NCBI RefSeq assembly: GCF_964194155.1
Contig: NC_135880.1
Span: 91,388,001-91,452,000 of the forward strand
DNA from: Cetorhinus maximus
Lineage: Eukaryota
Direction: 5' to 3'
DNA length: 64,000 nt
Within the stretch, counting starts at the first letter, position 1, and the number at the start of each line of letters is the position of its first letter. The notes under the pieces are model-generated. The model saw only the letters and a program-made list of their open reading frames with translations, was not told the DNA's origin and did not search any database. Positions 1 through 11,442 of the stretch are shown piece after piece. A program made the position numbers and the translations under genes.

Positions 1-90
1 AGCCTCTGCCCTTCTCTTGTAGCCACAGTATTTATGTGGCTGGTCCAGTTAAGATTCTGGTCAATGGTAACCCCAGGATGTTGATGGTAA
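1..90 (-). mobile_element. Fragment of CR1-group (Zenon/Crack-like) LINE RT region
   Basis: Reverse complement matches 49495-49580 and 39950-40025 (cctggggttaccattgaccagaa...aactggac...ataaatactgtggctacaagag). Confidence 0.8.
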
Positions 91-811
91 TTACCCAAAC
101 TGGAGCCCCGTTACGTCCGTAGGTCATTGATCCAGTTTTAGCCAGGGCTGAGCAGGGAAGCTGTTGTAACATTACTGTTAGACAGAAGCAGGTTTGTAGC
201 TGGTCTGCAGATTGAAAAGATCCTTCAGATAATTCTAAAACCTTACTTTGAGGGTCCACACAGTGCACAAGTGCTCTTTTGGGCTCCAATCAGGAAAACC
301 ATGTCCTCCCAGCTCCCAGATTCCACTTATCTCAGAGAAGCCCTGGGCCACATACCTGACCTTGCACTGCTGGAATCACTCTGCCCTCTTCCTGACCTTT
401 CTAGGCTGCAGGACAACTGGCGGCATTGAGGCCCTGAGGTTAAAATAGGTTTGGACTCCTCCCGCCTCTGCTGGGTGGAACCATTAACCCCGTAGAACAG
501 AATCCCGCCAGAAGACTACACCAACTTAAAATCCATCCCATTACAAATTAGGAAAAATGTAGATTCCAACCACACATTAAATAAATCCCATTTTATTGTC
601 ACAGACACTGAGCAAAAGTGGCGCTTCAATAAGAATCATCCACATGAGTACATTTATAGAATGTAAAAAACATTTGGATTTAAAGGATGTTTTTCATTTA
701 CAGTGACCAACTAGCATTTTTGGTTGTATTGTGTAACTTAGAGACAGTCCGCTATACAAAACAACAACTTTAATACAAATCTGTATTTATTTATTCGAAG
801 TATGGGGCTAT

Positions 812-1166
812 GGGTGGCACGGTGGCGCAGGGATTAGCACTGCTGCCTCATAGCTCCAGCGGACCCGCGTTTGACCCTGACCTCAGGTCCCTGTCTGTGT
901 GGAGTTTGTACATTCTCCCTGTGTCTGCGTGGGTTTTCGCCGGGTGCTCCGGTTTCCTCCCACCGTCCAAAGATGTGTTGGTTAGGTGGATTGGCTACAG
1001 TAAATTGTCCCCCAGTGTGTGTGAGTGTCTGTGTGTGTGTGAGTGTGTGCCCTGTGATGGGACTGACGTCCCGTCCTGGGTGTACCCTGCCTAGCGCCCA
1101 TTGCCTGTCGGGATAGGCTCCGAATTCCTGCAACCCTGAATTGGATGAAGCAGCTCTGGAGGAGTG
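812..1166 (+). mobile_element. tRNA-derived V-SINE (HE1/DANA superfamily)
   Basis: tRNA-like head with A box (TGGCGCAGGG) and decayed B box; V-domain GGAGTTTGTACATTCTCCCTGTGTCTGCGTGGGTTT...TCCGGTTTCCTCCCA; (TG)n; imperfect 13-bp TSD agtatggggctat (799-811) / agtattgggttat (1167-1179). Confidence 0.9.
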
Positions 1167-2682
1167 AGTATTGGGTTATACTTAACGGAACTCAATACAT
1201 TTTATGAAGATATTTATTCCCATCAAAGAAATACAAATGTTGCCAAATTTTCTAAATATCTATGTTTAAAAGAATATAATTCTGCAGTCTCTCACATTTC
1301 CGACACTGTCTGTTTTAAGGTCTATGATTGTATAAATTTTTAAGCTTTTTCTTTGCAAAATACTGTGAGCCCTGAGGAGGTTTATGTGTGAATTTGACAC
1401 TGTTCATCCACATTTGACAACACCTTAAAAGGATTTAAGGGAATAAGATCTGACAAAAGCTTTTATGAATTCATCACTGAATATTTGTTAATCCTGCTCT
1501 CAGCGATAGCTCAAGGAGAAAGAACACCCTTCAAATAGAAATAAATTATGATCTTTCAAAAGATTACCACCAACTATAAACGAGTTTGTCCTACAGCTAA
1601 ACAGCCTTTGACCAGGTTACTTGTGTGTGATACTGGTTAAGCTCAGGGGAAAGGGGAAATATGTGGTTCTTCCACTAATGTAGACTCTCTCTGTGGATTC
1701 TAGAAGGGTTCTGTTCAACATCTGTTGCAGTTTTAACCTTAGACGAACATAACTCCAGAAATGGTTGACTGAGGCATATCGTGTTGCAATAATTTAAAAT
1801 GGCAGATATTAACTTTTGTGGAAAACCAAAGCAGGATGACAGATTGCTACTTGAAGCCACTGTGTTCGAAGGACTGAATGCCTGCAGAGGGCCACTTCCA
1901 ACTCATATTTTAAACAGCTGATGCTTTTAGGCATAAAACCGTCTGAATTGAACTTTTTCACTTGGGCTCGACACTGAAGACCAAAGCAAGTTTTTGCATC
2001 TCAGCCAGTATTTAATTTTAATACTCACCCCTCACTCTGATTCTACTAAGTGTTATTTTTTCAAACAACTTATTTTCTTGAGTTTACTTTCCCAATCATT
2101 TTCTAACTATGCCAGGGCACATGTCAGTTCAACCACAGCAAGTACTCTATAGACTGTAATAATCCATTACTCATGTATCTTAAAGCTTCGTTGTTTGAAC
2201 TGAAGGGAGATAATTTGGTTCATATTGCATTAGAATGTATCATGTTACCTTTGAGCACAAGGTCAGTAACTTGCTTCCTTCCCTAGTTTCTTCCAGAGAT
2301 ATCAGGATTCATAAGGAAAATATTATAATCTCTATTGACAACAGAAATTCCATACTGACATTCTTCATAAATGCACCAACGGTGAGACAGAATGGTTTCT
2401 GTTAATATGTTAAATTAAATAACATGGAATGAGATTGGTTTGATTTGGTAGCTACAAATGTTGCTGGTACAACAACAAAGGCTTGCATTTATATTGCGAC
2501 TTTATCAGTAAAGCAAGATGCTTCACAGGAGCATTACAAAACACATTTTGATAGTGTGAGTGCAGATAGTATTGTGTAAGATCCAAAAATAAATTCCAGT
2601 TGTGATCCGCATTATATAATCATTACAGAAGGGACTTGGGTTAATTGTGTGTCACGTAAAAGACCATGAGAAAAATAACAAA

Positions 2683-3720
2683 AGCTTGCATTTATGTAGC
2701 ACTTTTAACAAAATGAAACATTCCAAGTTGCTTCACAAAATCATTATCAAACAAAATTTGACACCAAGCCACATAACGTGGTATTAAGACAGATGGTCAA
2801 AAGCTTGATCAAAGACATAGGGCAGGGTTTTTAGGTTGTTGAGCGGGCGCGGTGGGCAGGCCAAGAAGCAGCCGGGAAATGGGCTGCCACCTGTGATCTG
2901 CCCTCGACTGTGATTTCACACTGGCTGGCCAATTAACACCCAGCCAGCGTGAAAGGCGCACTGAGAACCTCCGCGCTGCCAGGGTTGGGGCAGGAAGAGG
3001 GCAGGCGCTGACCTCTGCGTGGGCAATGAAAGCTCCCTGAAGGCAGAGAGCTGCCTCAGGGAGCTGAAGAATTTTAAAAACAAAAATAAAGATTCTGAAA
3101 AAAATGTCCCCACACAGTACTCACTCACCTGAACATATAGATAATAAAAATTCTGTCCAAACACTTTTTAAAAATTAATATCAGAAACCTCATCCCGTCC
3201 TTGGATTAGGTTTACTCAAAACGCAAAGGCCGCCTGACCGATTTGCCCGCCCGCCAACCGTACCGTTGGACAGGCAGCAAAAAATCCACGTTAATTGAAA
3301 CTTTAATGGCCTTAATAGGTCTCCTAATTGTCGGCGGGCGTGCTGCCGACTCTCGCACGTGCCCGCCAACCAAAATATCATCCGAGTGCGCGATGACATC
3401 GGGTCGGTCACCCGACATCATCGTGCAGTATTTTACCCCTGATTGTACCGGGCACCCACCCACCCGCCCGCAGGAAGTAAAATTCTGCCCATAGGTTTTA
3501 AGCAGTATAATAAAGGAGGAGGGGCAGGGAAAAAGGCAGAAAGGTTTAGGTTGGGAATTCCAGAGCTTATATGCTCGGCATTTGAAATCACGACTGACAA
3601 TGGTGGAGGGATAAAATTCTGGACTGCCCAAGAGGCCAGCAATGGCGGAATGCAAATATCTTGGAGGGTTATAGATCAGGAGCAGGTTACGGAGTTAGGG
3701 AGGGAATGAGTCCATATAGC
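2683..3720 (-). mobile_element. L2 LINE 3' fragment, interrupted by a MITE
   Basis: L2-type 3' tail (cttgcatttatgtagcactttt...cttcaca); sequence resumes as gttttaag...gggaattccagagctt after 3493; homologous to 26212-26590 and 54095-54785. Confidence 0.75.
2820..3490. mobile_element. Non-autonomous PIF/Harbinger element (MITE)
   Basis: TIRs gggcagggtttt / aaaattctgccc; 3-bp TSD ATA (2817-2819, 3491-3493); internal palindromes shared with the other copies. Confidence 0.9.
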
Positions 3721-4152
3721 AACAAATTTCTGTAAAAAAAAAAGCCTCAGCATATCTGTAATGCATTTCTCAAAGTTTGGTCTGCTGATCAATGGGAAAA
3801 TATTTTTGTCAATAATGTCAGCACAATCAATATAACATTTCGACAAAACTTTCAAATCAATTCAAATGGCTTCAGCTACATTTTACATTAATACCGCACA
3901 CAAAAGCATTTAAAGCAATCAGAACAGTTACTGGGCCTAAGAAGATGAATTTCCGATAGTATTTTTGATCATGGGAATGTTTCTAATTATTAATTTTCAA
4001 GCCAATGAAGTGAACAACTTGCTGTACAGGTTGAACATAGTGGTGATCAAACTTTGGGACTGTAAAATAAAGAAATTGCTGAATAACATTTAGAAATGAT
4101 TACAAGCCAGAGAATAGCTGGGAAACAAATTAATTGGAACCTAGAAAATATA

Positions 4153-4852
4153 GGGCAGAATTTTCCCCCCGTCAGGGGGGGTTGTGTGGGGGCGGGCAGG
4201 AGCGAGTGCCAACCCGATCGGTGCCCCTGATCGGGTCCGCACCGCCATTTTACGTGGGCAGGCCAATTGAGGCCCGCCCAGCATGATGCTCGCCCGGAAG
4301 CACTGCGTGCTCCCTGTGCAGGCTGGGGGGAGATTCCCTGAGTCGGGGCCTGCGCTGTTTCGCACATGCGTGTGAAAGAACGCAGAAATCTCCCTGAGGC
4401 ATGGAGGTGCCTCAGGGAGATTGGTTTAAGTTTTAAACATCTAAATAAAGAAATTAAAAACGTTTAAAACATGTGACAGTGTCACATGAGCTGGGACACG
4501 TCAATGAATTAAAAAAAAAATTTTTTTTGAATTTATAAACCTTTCATGAAACCTCATCCAGCCCGTGGATGAGGTTCCATGAAAAATGTGAAGGCCGCCT
4601 GGGCTCTTCGCCTGCCCGCCAACCTTAAGGTTGAACGGGCAGCTTATTTTATTCATTCAATTAGTTTTTAGCAGGCTTTAATAGGCCTTTGACAGTTCGG
4701 CGGGCACGCAGCTGAGTCAGCTGTGATCCCACCGCACTGGAAATCTAAATGACGCGCGGTGACATCTGGACGCCCGCTTGACATCATCGCGCGTCATTTT
4801 ATGCGTCGGCGAGTGGGCCCCGCCTCCGCTCGCCGACCCGAAAATTCTTCCC
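4153..4852. mobile_element. Non-autonomous PIF/Harbinger element (MITE), 700 bp
   Basis: TIRs gggcagaatttt / aaaattcttccc; TSD ATA (4150-4152, 4853-4855). Confidence 0.92.
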
Positions 4853-5806
4853 ATAATATACACAAGTATGTATGAACAATTGAAATACTTAATGATGCTA
4901 GGGGCTGGACTTAATGCAGCCCAGCACGGCGGGAACCATGGCAGCTGGGCCCATCTAATTGCGGGAGAGGCTCTACACCAGTCTACTAGCAGCAGCAAAA
5001 CCTCCTCTGAATAAGTCGAAGGGCGGAAGGATGGGATTCCTAGCCACTGGCGGTGAGATGTCAATTAGGCTCAATAAATGATTCAATTGACACCCATTAT
5101 CCCTGAACTCACTGCAATTTAGTGCTGGCTTAGCAATTAAATGGAGGCCACGTGGCTTGTCTGTGCCCTCGGAAGGCTGGGTGCCCCTCATAGTCAGGCA
5201 CTTTGTGTCTGATTGAGGGATAAGGCATTGGGAAGTGGGGGCTGCCAAAAGCCACACCTCTTCCTTCACCTCCAACCTCCATGCCCCCCACCACCCCCAA
5301 TCCACCACCCTCACCGTAACCCCCATTCCACTGTCACCTTGGTCGGCAGTCCAAGAGTGATCCTGGACCTCTGGTTGGTACATTAATGCTGAATGCCACC
5401 ACGCCCACAGGTGCTGGTGACAATGAGGAGCTGCCGGCCTTTTATTGGCTGGGAGCTCTCAGCAGGTGGGGCCTCCGTTACGGGAAATTTCAAGCGTGGA
5501 AAGGCTGGATGGTAGCCACTTAAGTGCCTGAAAGGCACTTGATTACATTGGGCTTCCCTCTTGGAATTAATGGGGGTTCCCTGCTGGTTCTCCAACCAGT
5601 GGGAGAGACCTCCATCAGCCTGGCAGCATCCCGACCTAGATTATTTAGTGATATCAGATATTTCCAGATGACCTCTGTTCATCAGCAATCCATCACTATG
5701 TCATGGAGACCGTGTTCAGGTATCCCTCCAAGTTCATTCATTTCAAAACAAAAACAGAATTACCTAGAAAAACTCAGCAGGTCTGGCAGCATCGGTGGAG
5801 AAGAAA

Positions 5807-5849
5807 TCAGTTAACGTTTCGAGTCTTCATGACCCTTCGGCAGAACTGA
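5807..5849 (-). ncRNA. Minimal type I hammerhead ribozyme motif in PLE pLTR (A6C core)
   Basis: Minus strand: UCAGUU-CUGCCGA-A-GGGUC-AUGAA-GACUC-GAAAC-GUU-AACUGA; stem I UCAGUU/AACUGA, 5-bp stem II, palindromic ACGU stem III. Confidence 0.75.
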
Positions 5850-6218
5850 GTATAGTTAGGAGAAAAGTGAAATATAAGCTGGTCTAAGGTGGGGGGGCGG
5901 GGGGGAGAGAGAAGTTGAGGGTGGGATGATTGTGGAGATAAGCAAGCAGTGATAGGAGCAGATAATCAAAAGATGTCACAGACAAAAGGATCAAAGAGGT
6001 GTTGAAGGTGGTGATATTGTCTAAGAAAAGTGCTAATTAAGAATGGAAGACAGGATACTCAAGGTACAGCTCTAGTGGGGGTGGGGTGGAAAGACTAACA
6101 AAGTTTTAGTTTTAGATTTAAAAACAATGGAAATAGGTGGGAAAAGAAGAATCTATATAAATTATTGAAAAAAAAGGGGAGGGGGGAGAAACGGGGTGGG
6201 GATGGGGGGAGGGGGAGT

Positions 6219-7613
6219 TTAAGATCTAAAGTCGTTGAATTCAATATTCAGCCCGGAAGGCTGTAAAGTGCCTAGTCGGAAGATGAGGTGCTGTTCCTCC
6301 AGTTTGCGTTGGGCTTCACTGGAACAATGCAGCAAGCCAAGGACAGACATGTGGGCAAGAGAACAGGGTGGAGTGTTAAAATGGCAAGCGACAGGGAGGT
6401 TTGGGTCTTTCTTGCGGACAGACCGCAGGTGTTCTGCAAAGCGGTCGCCCAGTTTGCGTTTGGTCTCTCCAATGTAGAGGAGACCGCATTGGGAGCAACG
6501 AATGCAGTAGACTAAGTTAGGGGAAATGCAAGTGAAATGCTGCTTCACTTGAAAGGAGTGTTTGGGCCCTTGGACGGTGAGGAGAGAGGAAGTGAAGGGG
6601 CAGGTGTTGCATCTTCTGCGTGGGCATGGGGAGGTGCCATAGGTGGGGGTTGAGGAGTAGGGGGTGATGGAGGAGTGGACCAGGGTGTCCCGGAGGGAAC
6701 GATCCCTACGGAATGCCGTCATGGGGGGTGAATGGAAGATGTGTTTGGTGGTGGCATCATGCTGGAGTTGGCGGAAATGGCGGAGGATGATCCTTTGAAT
6801 GCGGAGGCTGGTGGGGTGATAAGTGAGGACAAGGGGGACCCTATCATGTTTCTGGGAAGGAGGAGAAGGCGTGAGGGAGGATGCGCGGGATATGGGCCGG
6901 ACACGGTTGAGGGCCCTGTCAACGACCGTGGGTGGAAAACCTCGGTTAAGGAAGAAGGAGGACATGTCAGAGGAGCTGTTTTTGAAGGTAGCGTCATCAG
7001 AACAGATGCGACGGAGGCGAAGGAACTGAGAGAATGGGATGGAGTCCTTACAGGAAGTGGGGTGTGAGGAGCTGTAGTCGAGGTAGCTGTGGGAGTCGGT
7101 AGGCTTGTAATGGATATTGGTGGACAGTCTATCATCAGAAATTGAGACAGAGAGGTCAAGGAAGGGAAGAGAAGTGTCAGAGATGGACCATGTGAAAATG
7201 ATGGAGGGGTGGAGATTGGAAGCAAAATTAATAAATTTTTCCTGGTCCCGACGAGAGCATGAAGCAGCACTGAAGTAATCATCGATGTACCGGAGAAAGA
7301 GTTATGGGAGGGGGCCGGAGTAGGACTGGAACAAGGAATGTTCCACATACCCCATAAAGAGACAGGCATAGCTGGGGCCCATGCGGGTACGCATAGCCAC
7401 ACCTTTTATTTGGAGGAAGTGAGAGGAGTTAAAGGAGAAATTGTTCAGTGTGAGAACAAGTTCAGCCAGACGGAGGAGAGTAGTGGTGGATGGGGATTGT
7501 TGGGGCCTCTGTTCAAGGAAGAAGCTAAGGGCCCTCAGACCATCCTGGTGGGGGATGGAGGTGTAGAGGGATTGGACATCCATGGTGAAGAGGAAGCGGT
7601 TGGGGCCGGGGAA
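6219..7613 (-). pseudogene. Truncated PLE RT/GIY-YIG ORF with in-frame stop at 7302-7304
   Basis: MDVQSLYTSIPH, G-AM-TRMGPSYA, RYIDD, NLVYCIRC...YIGET motifs; CAA>TAA relative to the full-length copy. Confidence 0.9.
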
Positions 7614-7616
7614 GCT

Positions 7617-10121
7617 AAAATTTGCCCCTTTAAATGTGTCATGGAGGACAAGATGGTCAAACACTATAAAAATGCATTTAAAGGCAGAAGACTAATCAAC
7701 TAATTAGTATACAGATTTAAATGCTATAAGCAGAGGTACCTATATACCCATTACAGCTTTCTCTAGGTTCTTCTTTATTCCTGTCCTTTATGCTTTCAAG
7801 CTGCAGACACCCCTCCAGTAGAATTCTCTCTTCAGTAACATCAGAAAACTTTCTGGCGACATCATAAACTGACTGTGCTTTCCACAACTGGCTCTGCTCG
7901 TAATTCTATCAGAGAAGAGGAAGTACATAAAGGATGGAATCTTCCTATCATTGTCAATATATTATTTATTGGGGCTCTTGTTCTCTGCATGATTCCCAGT
8001 ATTTGCCTGCATTTTCCTTGCAGGAGTCAGCAGTGGGGGGACTTCATTTTTGATATGCTGGGTGGAATTTCAGTGAGAATTTCTGAGCTCTCAGCCAAGA
8101 GAGCATAATGAGGCTCAGTTGAGAGCCCAGAAATCCATTAGAGTACTTAAACAGCTGCACCTTAGGGATGACATTGCTTGATTGACAGCCCTGGCTCTCT
8201 GATTGCTTCTATCAATTCTAAAATGTTTATTTGTACAAAGTAAAGATGTTTCAAGTGCTTGGAGTTTCTGCTATTGACACTTTAAAGGGTCTAAATGATT
8301 GATACTTCTTTGGCCTGTAGTAAAAATAAGTTTTTTTTTGAAGAAAGTGGAAAGTTATCAATGAATTGATTTAATGAATTGATTTCAAAGTGTTTTAGCT
8401 TTTTGTTTTCATTCATTTCAACATGGAGTTAGCAAAATAGAGAGGGAAAGTTACCAACTTCTTCAGAGTGACTGGATTCCCACAAGTGCCATTGCTTCCA
8501 TTTAAGTGGTTATCGAGGCTCCATCTGAAAGCCCAACCAACTTCACAAGCAGGAAGGGAGTTCATTCCCTGAATGTCCCCCAGTGAGCGTTGCTAGATAC
8601 CTCATTATGTATGTCAGCATCTGCTACCCATGATCTGTTTATTCTCAGGCAACGTAGATGCCTGCACTGCTCTACCAGAACTGTATGATAGGGTAGCTGA
8701 TAGGAGGCCAGAGGTACAAATTCAGCCCTGGCAAGAAACCAAGGATAGAGGTTAAAAACATGTTCAGTGAGGTTGAGGTCTTGAGCACCACCAGCTTCAT
8801 TGTGGACACACCATTGGCCTTTTCAAGTCCTATTTCAGAGGGACCCCATCAGTGCAGCAAGGATTTACAGATTTATAGAGCTGGATTTTCATGGAATTGG
8901 GGAGACCCCATGGAGGGGTGAAAATGGCAACCAGGACCTAGTTCCAGAATTTCCAAACCTATTTCTGAGGTTTCCAATTTTCAGGAGTGCCTTTTAAGGG
9001 TGTGGCTGGTTCAGATCGTAAGCCCGCACCCGGCAATCCTGACCTGGCTGGCTCCATTGCAGGGGTATCAAGTCCTAGTTCTCCACAACTTTCATGGAGC
9101 TGGGCCAGCTTTTCAAAGAGTTGTGATTCATGGCACCTCAGAGGTGTGTGAACCATAGCCTGCATGAGGGGATCTTTTGTAAGGTAAGTTCAAAAGGCCC
9201 TTCTTGTGCCCCCGCAAGGCAATACATGACCCCACCCACTCCCTATTGCCCCTCATGTCCCCTGCCAAGCTATGGTGCTTCCATGCTCATTCACCCATTA
9301 TACTCTGTATAGAACCAATGAACCCTATAGTGATAATAGGATGTGTAAAATATGCTTTTTTGAAAAAAGTAATTCATTGATAACTTTCCACTTTCTTCAA
9401 AAAAAAACTTATTTTTACTACAGGCCAAAGAAGTATCAATCATTTAGACCCTTTAAAGTGTCAATAGCAGAAACTCCAAGCACTTGAAACATCTTTACTT
9501 TGTACAAATAAACATTTTAGAATTGATAGAAGCAATCAGAGAGCCAGGGCTGTCAATCAAGCAATGTCATCCCTAAGGTGCAGCTGTTTAAGTACTCTAA
9601 TGGATTTCTGGGCTCTCAGCTGAGCCTCATTATGTTCTCTTGGCTGAGAGCTCAGAAATTCTCACTGAAATTCCACCCAGCATATCAAAAATGAAGTCCC
9701 CCCACTGCTGACTCCTGCAAGGAAAATGCAGGCAAATACTGGGAATCATGCAGAGAACAAGAGCCCCAATAAATAATATATTGACAATGATAGGAAGATT
9801 CCATCCTTTATGTACTTCCTCTTCTCTGATAGAATTACGAGCAGAGCCAGTTGTGGAAAGCACAGTCAGTTTATGATGTCGCCAGAAAGTTTTCTGATGT
9901 TACTGAAGAGAGAATTCTACTGGAGGGGTGTTTGCAGCTTGAAAGCACAAAGGACAGGAATAAAGAAGAACCTAGAGAAAGTTGTAATGGGTATATAGGT
10001 ACTTCTGCTTATAGCATTTAAATCTGTATACTAATTAGTTGATTAGTCTTCTGCCTTTAAATGCATTTTTATAGTGTTTGACCATCTTGTCCTCAATGAC
10101 ACATTTAAAGGGGCAAATTTT
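7617..10121. repeat. 751-bp inverted duplication: arms 7617-8367 and 9371-10121, ~1 kb spacer
   Basis: Arms are reverse complements with about 7 substitutions counted by eye; the ORF track shows the same 77-aa ORF on both strands (7875-8108 +, 9630-9863 -). Confidence 0.97.
8879..9733. mobile_element. Decayed non-autonomous DNA transposon (Harbinger-like ends)
   Basis: Ends agctggattttc / gaaaatgcaggc resemble the family TIR; interior resembles 19731-22779. Confidence 0.45.
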
Positions 10122-11442
10122 CCAATTGTGCGTTCCCAACATGGCCATTGGAAATGCAAATGAGGCATTAAAATGAGTTTTGTGGGTCAGGAACAGCTGT
10201 CAGAGGTCAAGCAAAACATGGAGCTATTTATTATTGACACTCTATTGAGCCATACAATCACCAGCAGAATACTAATAAAGTAAACTGAAAAAATGGCACT
10301 TAAGGATCAAAGGTTTCTGCTTGAATGTCAGTAATATTAAAATGTCTTTTGAAACTACCTGGCCGAACGAAAACACTGTGATCTGTAGAGTCTACAATGC
10401 TGCATGTTTGACACCTGATAGGCTTGTTCCTACAAGTGTCAAGTCTGTCTAAGGCAGACGTTGATAGGAAAGATTTACACAGAAAAATTCAGAGCTAGTT
10501 TTGAAGGACTGCCTTGCAGGCAAATGTCTCCACAGATCTGAGTTCCCTGATGCGCTGCTAGTGAAAGTGCAGGAAAATGAGCTGCATCAAGAATGGAACA
10601 CATAAAAGAAAAGAGTTTGGATAATATGTTAAAATAATATTTATTACTTTTTATTTATTATGCGAAGGCAGTTTACATGTTTCATGCACATCAAAGCACA
10701 TGTTAAATTGTGAGAAATCCATACCCCTGACAGCTTATCCAATAACCAATCATGTTCAGGCTGAAATGAAGCAAAGGGTTAGGTTAATAATTAATATACC
10801 ATACTCTGTGTTTGTTGTCTGCTTTGTTTATTATGAGTACTGGGGAGCTCAGTTGGCTGAGTGCTAAAACATGTGAGATGGAACTGTTGTGGGGTGTGGT
10901 GGAGGAGGGGAGGGGTTTGCCAGTGTTTGGTTTGATTCAGATTTGAATCTCAGAAACTTATACACAGTGTTTCACAGAATCACAGGCCAGGATTTTACCT
11001 TCGATGTGCGGGCGCTCGCCTGACATGCCAGAACATAAAATGACGCGCGATGACATCAGGCGTGCGCCCTGACGTCACCATGCACCATCACGATATTTCA
11101 CCTCCGTTTTCATCGCGCACCCACCTTTAATTAATGGGCCAGTTAAGGTCCTTGAGGCACAATTGTCTGTGATTTTACATAGCCCGTGCGATTTTCAGGG
11201 CATCTCATGGGCGCAACGGGCAGGCGGGTAGGCCACATTTTCAAAAACCTCATCCACAGGCGGGATAAGAAGGGTGAGTGGCCTTGCTAATGTGAATTGT
11301 TTGTACTTTAGCTTATAAGTTGCTTCTGTTTGCTTGTGTGAACAGGGCAACTTCATTTTGCTTCAGAGCTGCTTTGATAGAAATAAGAGGCTTCAGTTCA
11401 GGACTCTGGAGGAGTATCAGCCAGCTTTCCCTTACCTTGGGA

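Larger units (their letters stand above)
5747..7613 (-). mobile_element. 5'-truncated Penelope-like retroelement
   Basis: Near-identical to 50243-52147; contains pLTR, 3' UTR, GIY-YIG and C-terminal RT; outer TSD ttcattcatttcaa at 5733-5746 and 8408-8421. Confidence 0.95.
5650..8830 (+). pseudogene. Old Harbinger transposase remnant split by the PLE insertion (5650-5746 and 8408-8830)
   Basis: Reading across the TSD gives ...VFRYPSKFIHFNMELAK*RGKVTNFFRVTGFPQV, then SRKGVHSLNV, colinear with the transposases at 11443-12672 and 43185-44352. Confidence 0.7.

Noticed and set aside
7875-9863. Identical 77-aa ORFs on opposite strands (7875-8108 +, 9630-9863 -) as a duplicated gene
   Set aside because: By-product of the recent inverted duplication; GTG start and no recognisable domain.
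7617-10121. Foldback or long-TIR transposon with 751-bp TIRs
   Set aside because: No TSD around the pair; the left arm lies inside the PLE TSDs and the right arm crosses the boundary of an older element.
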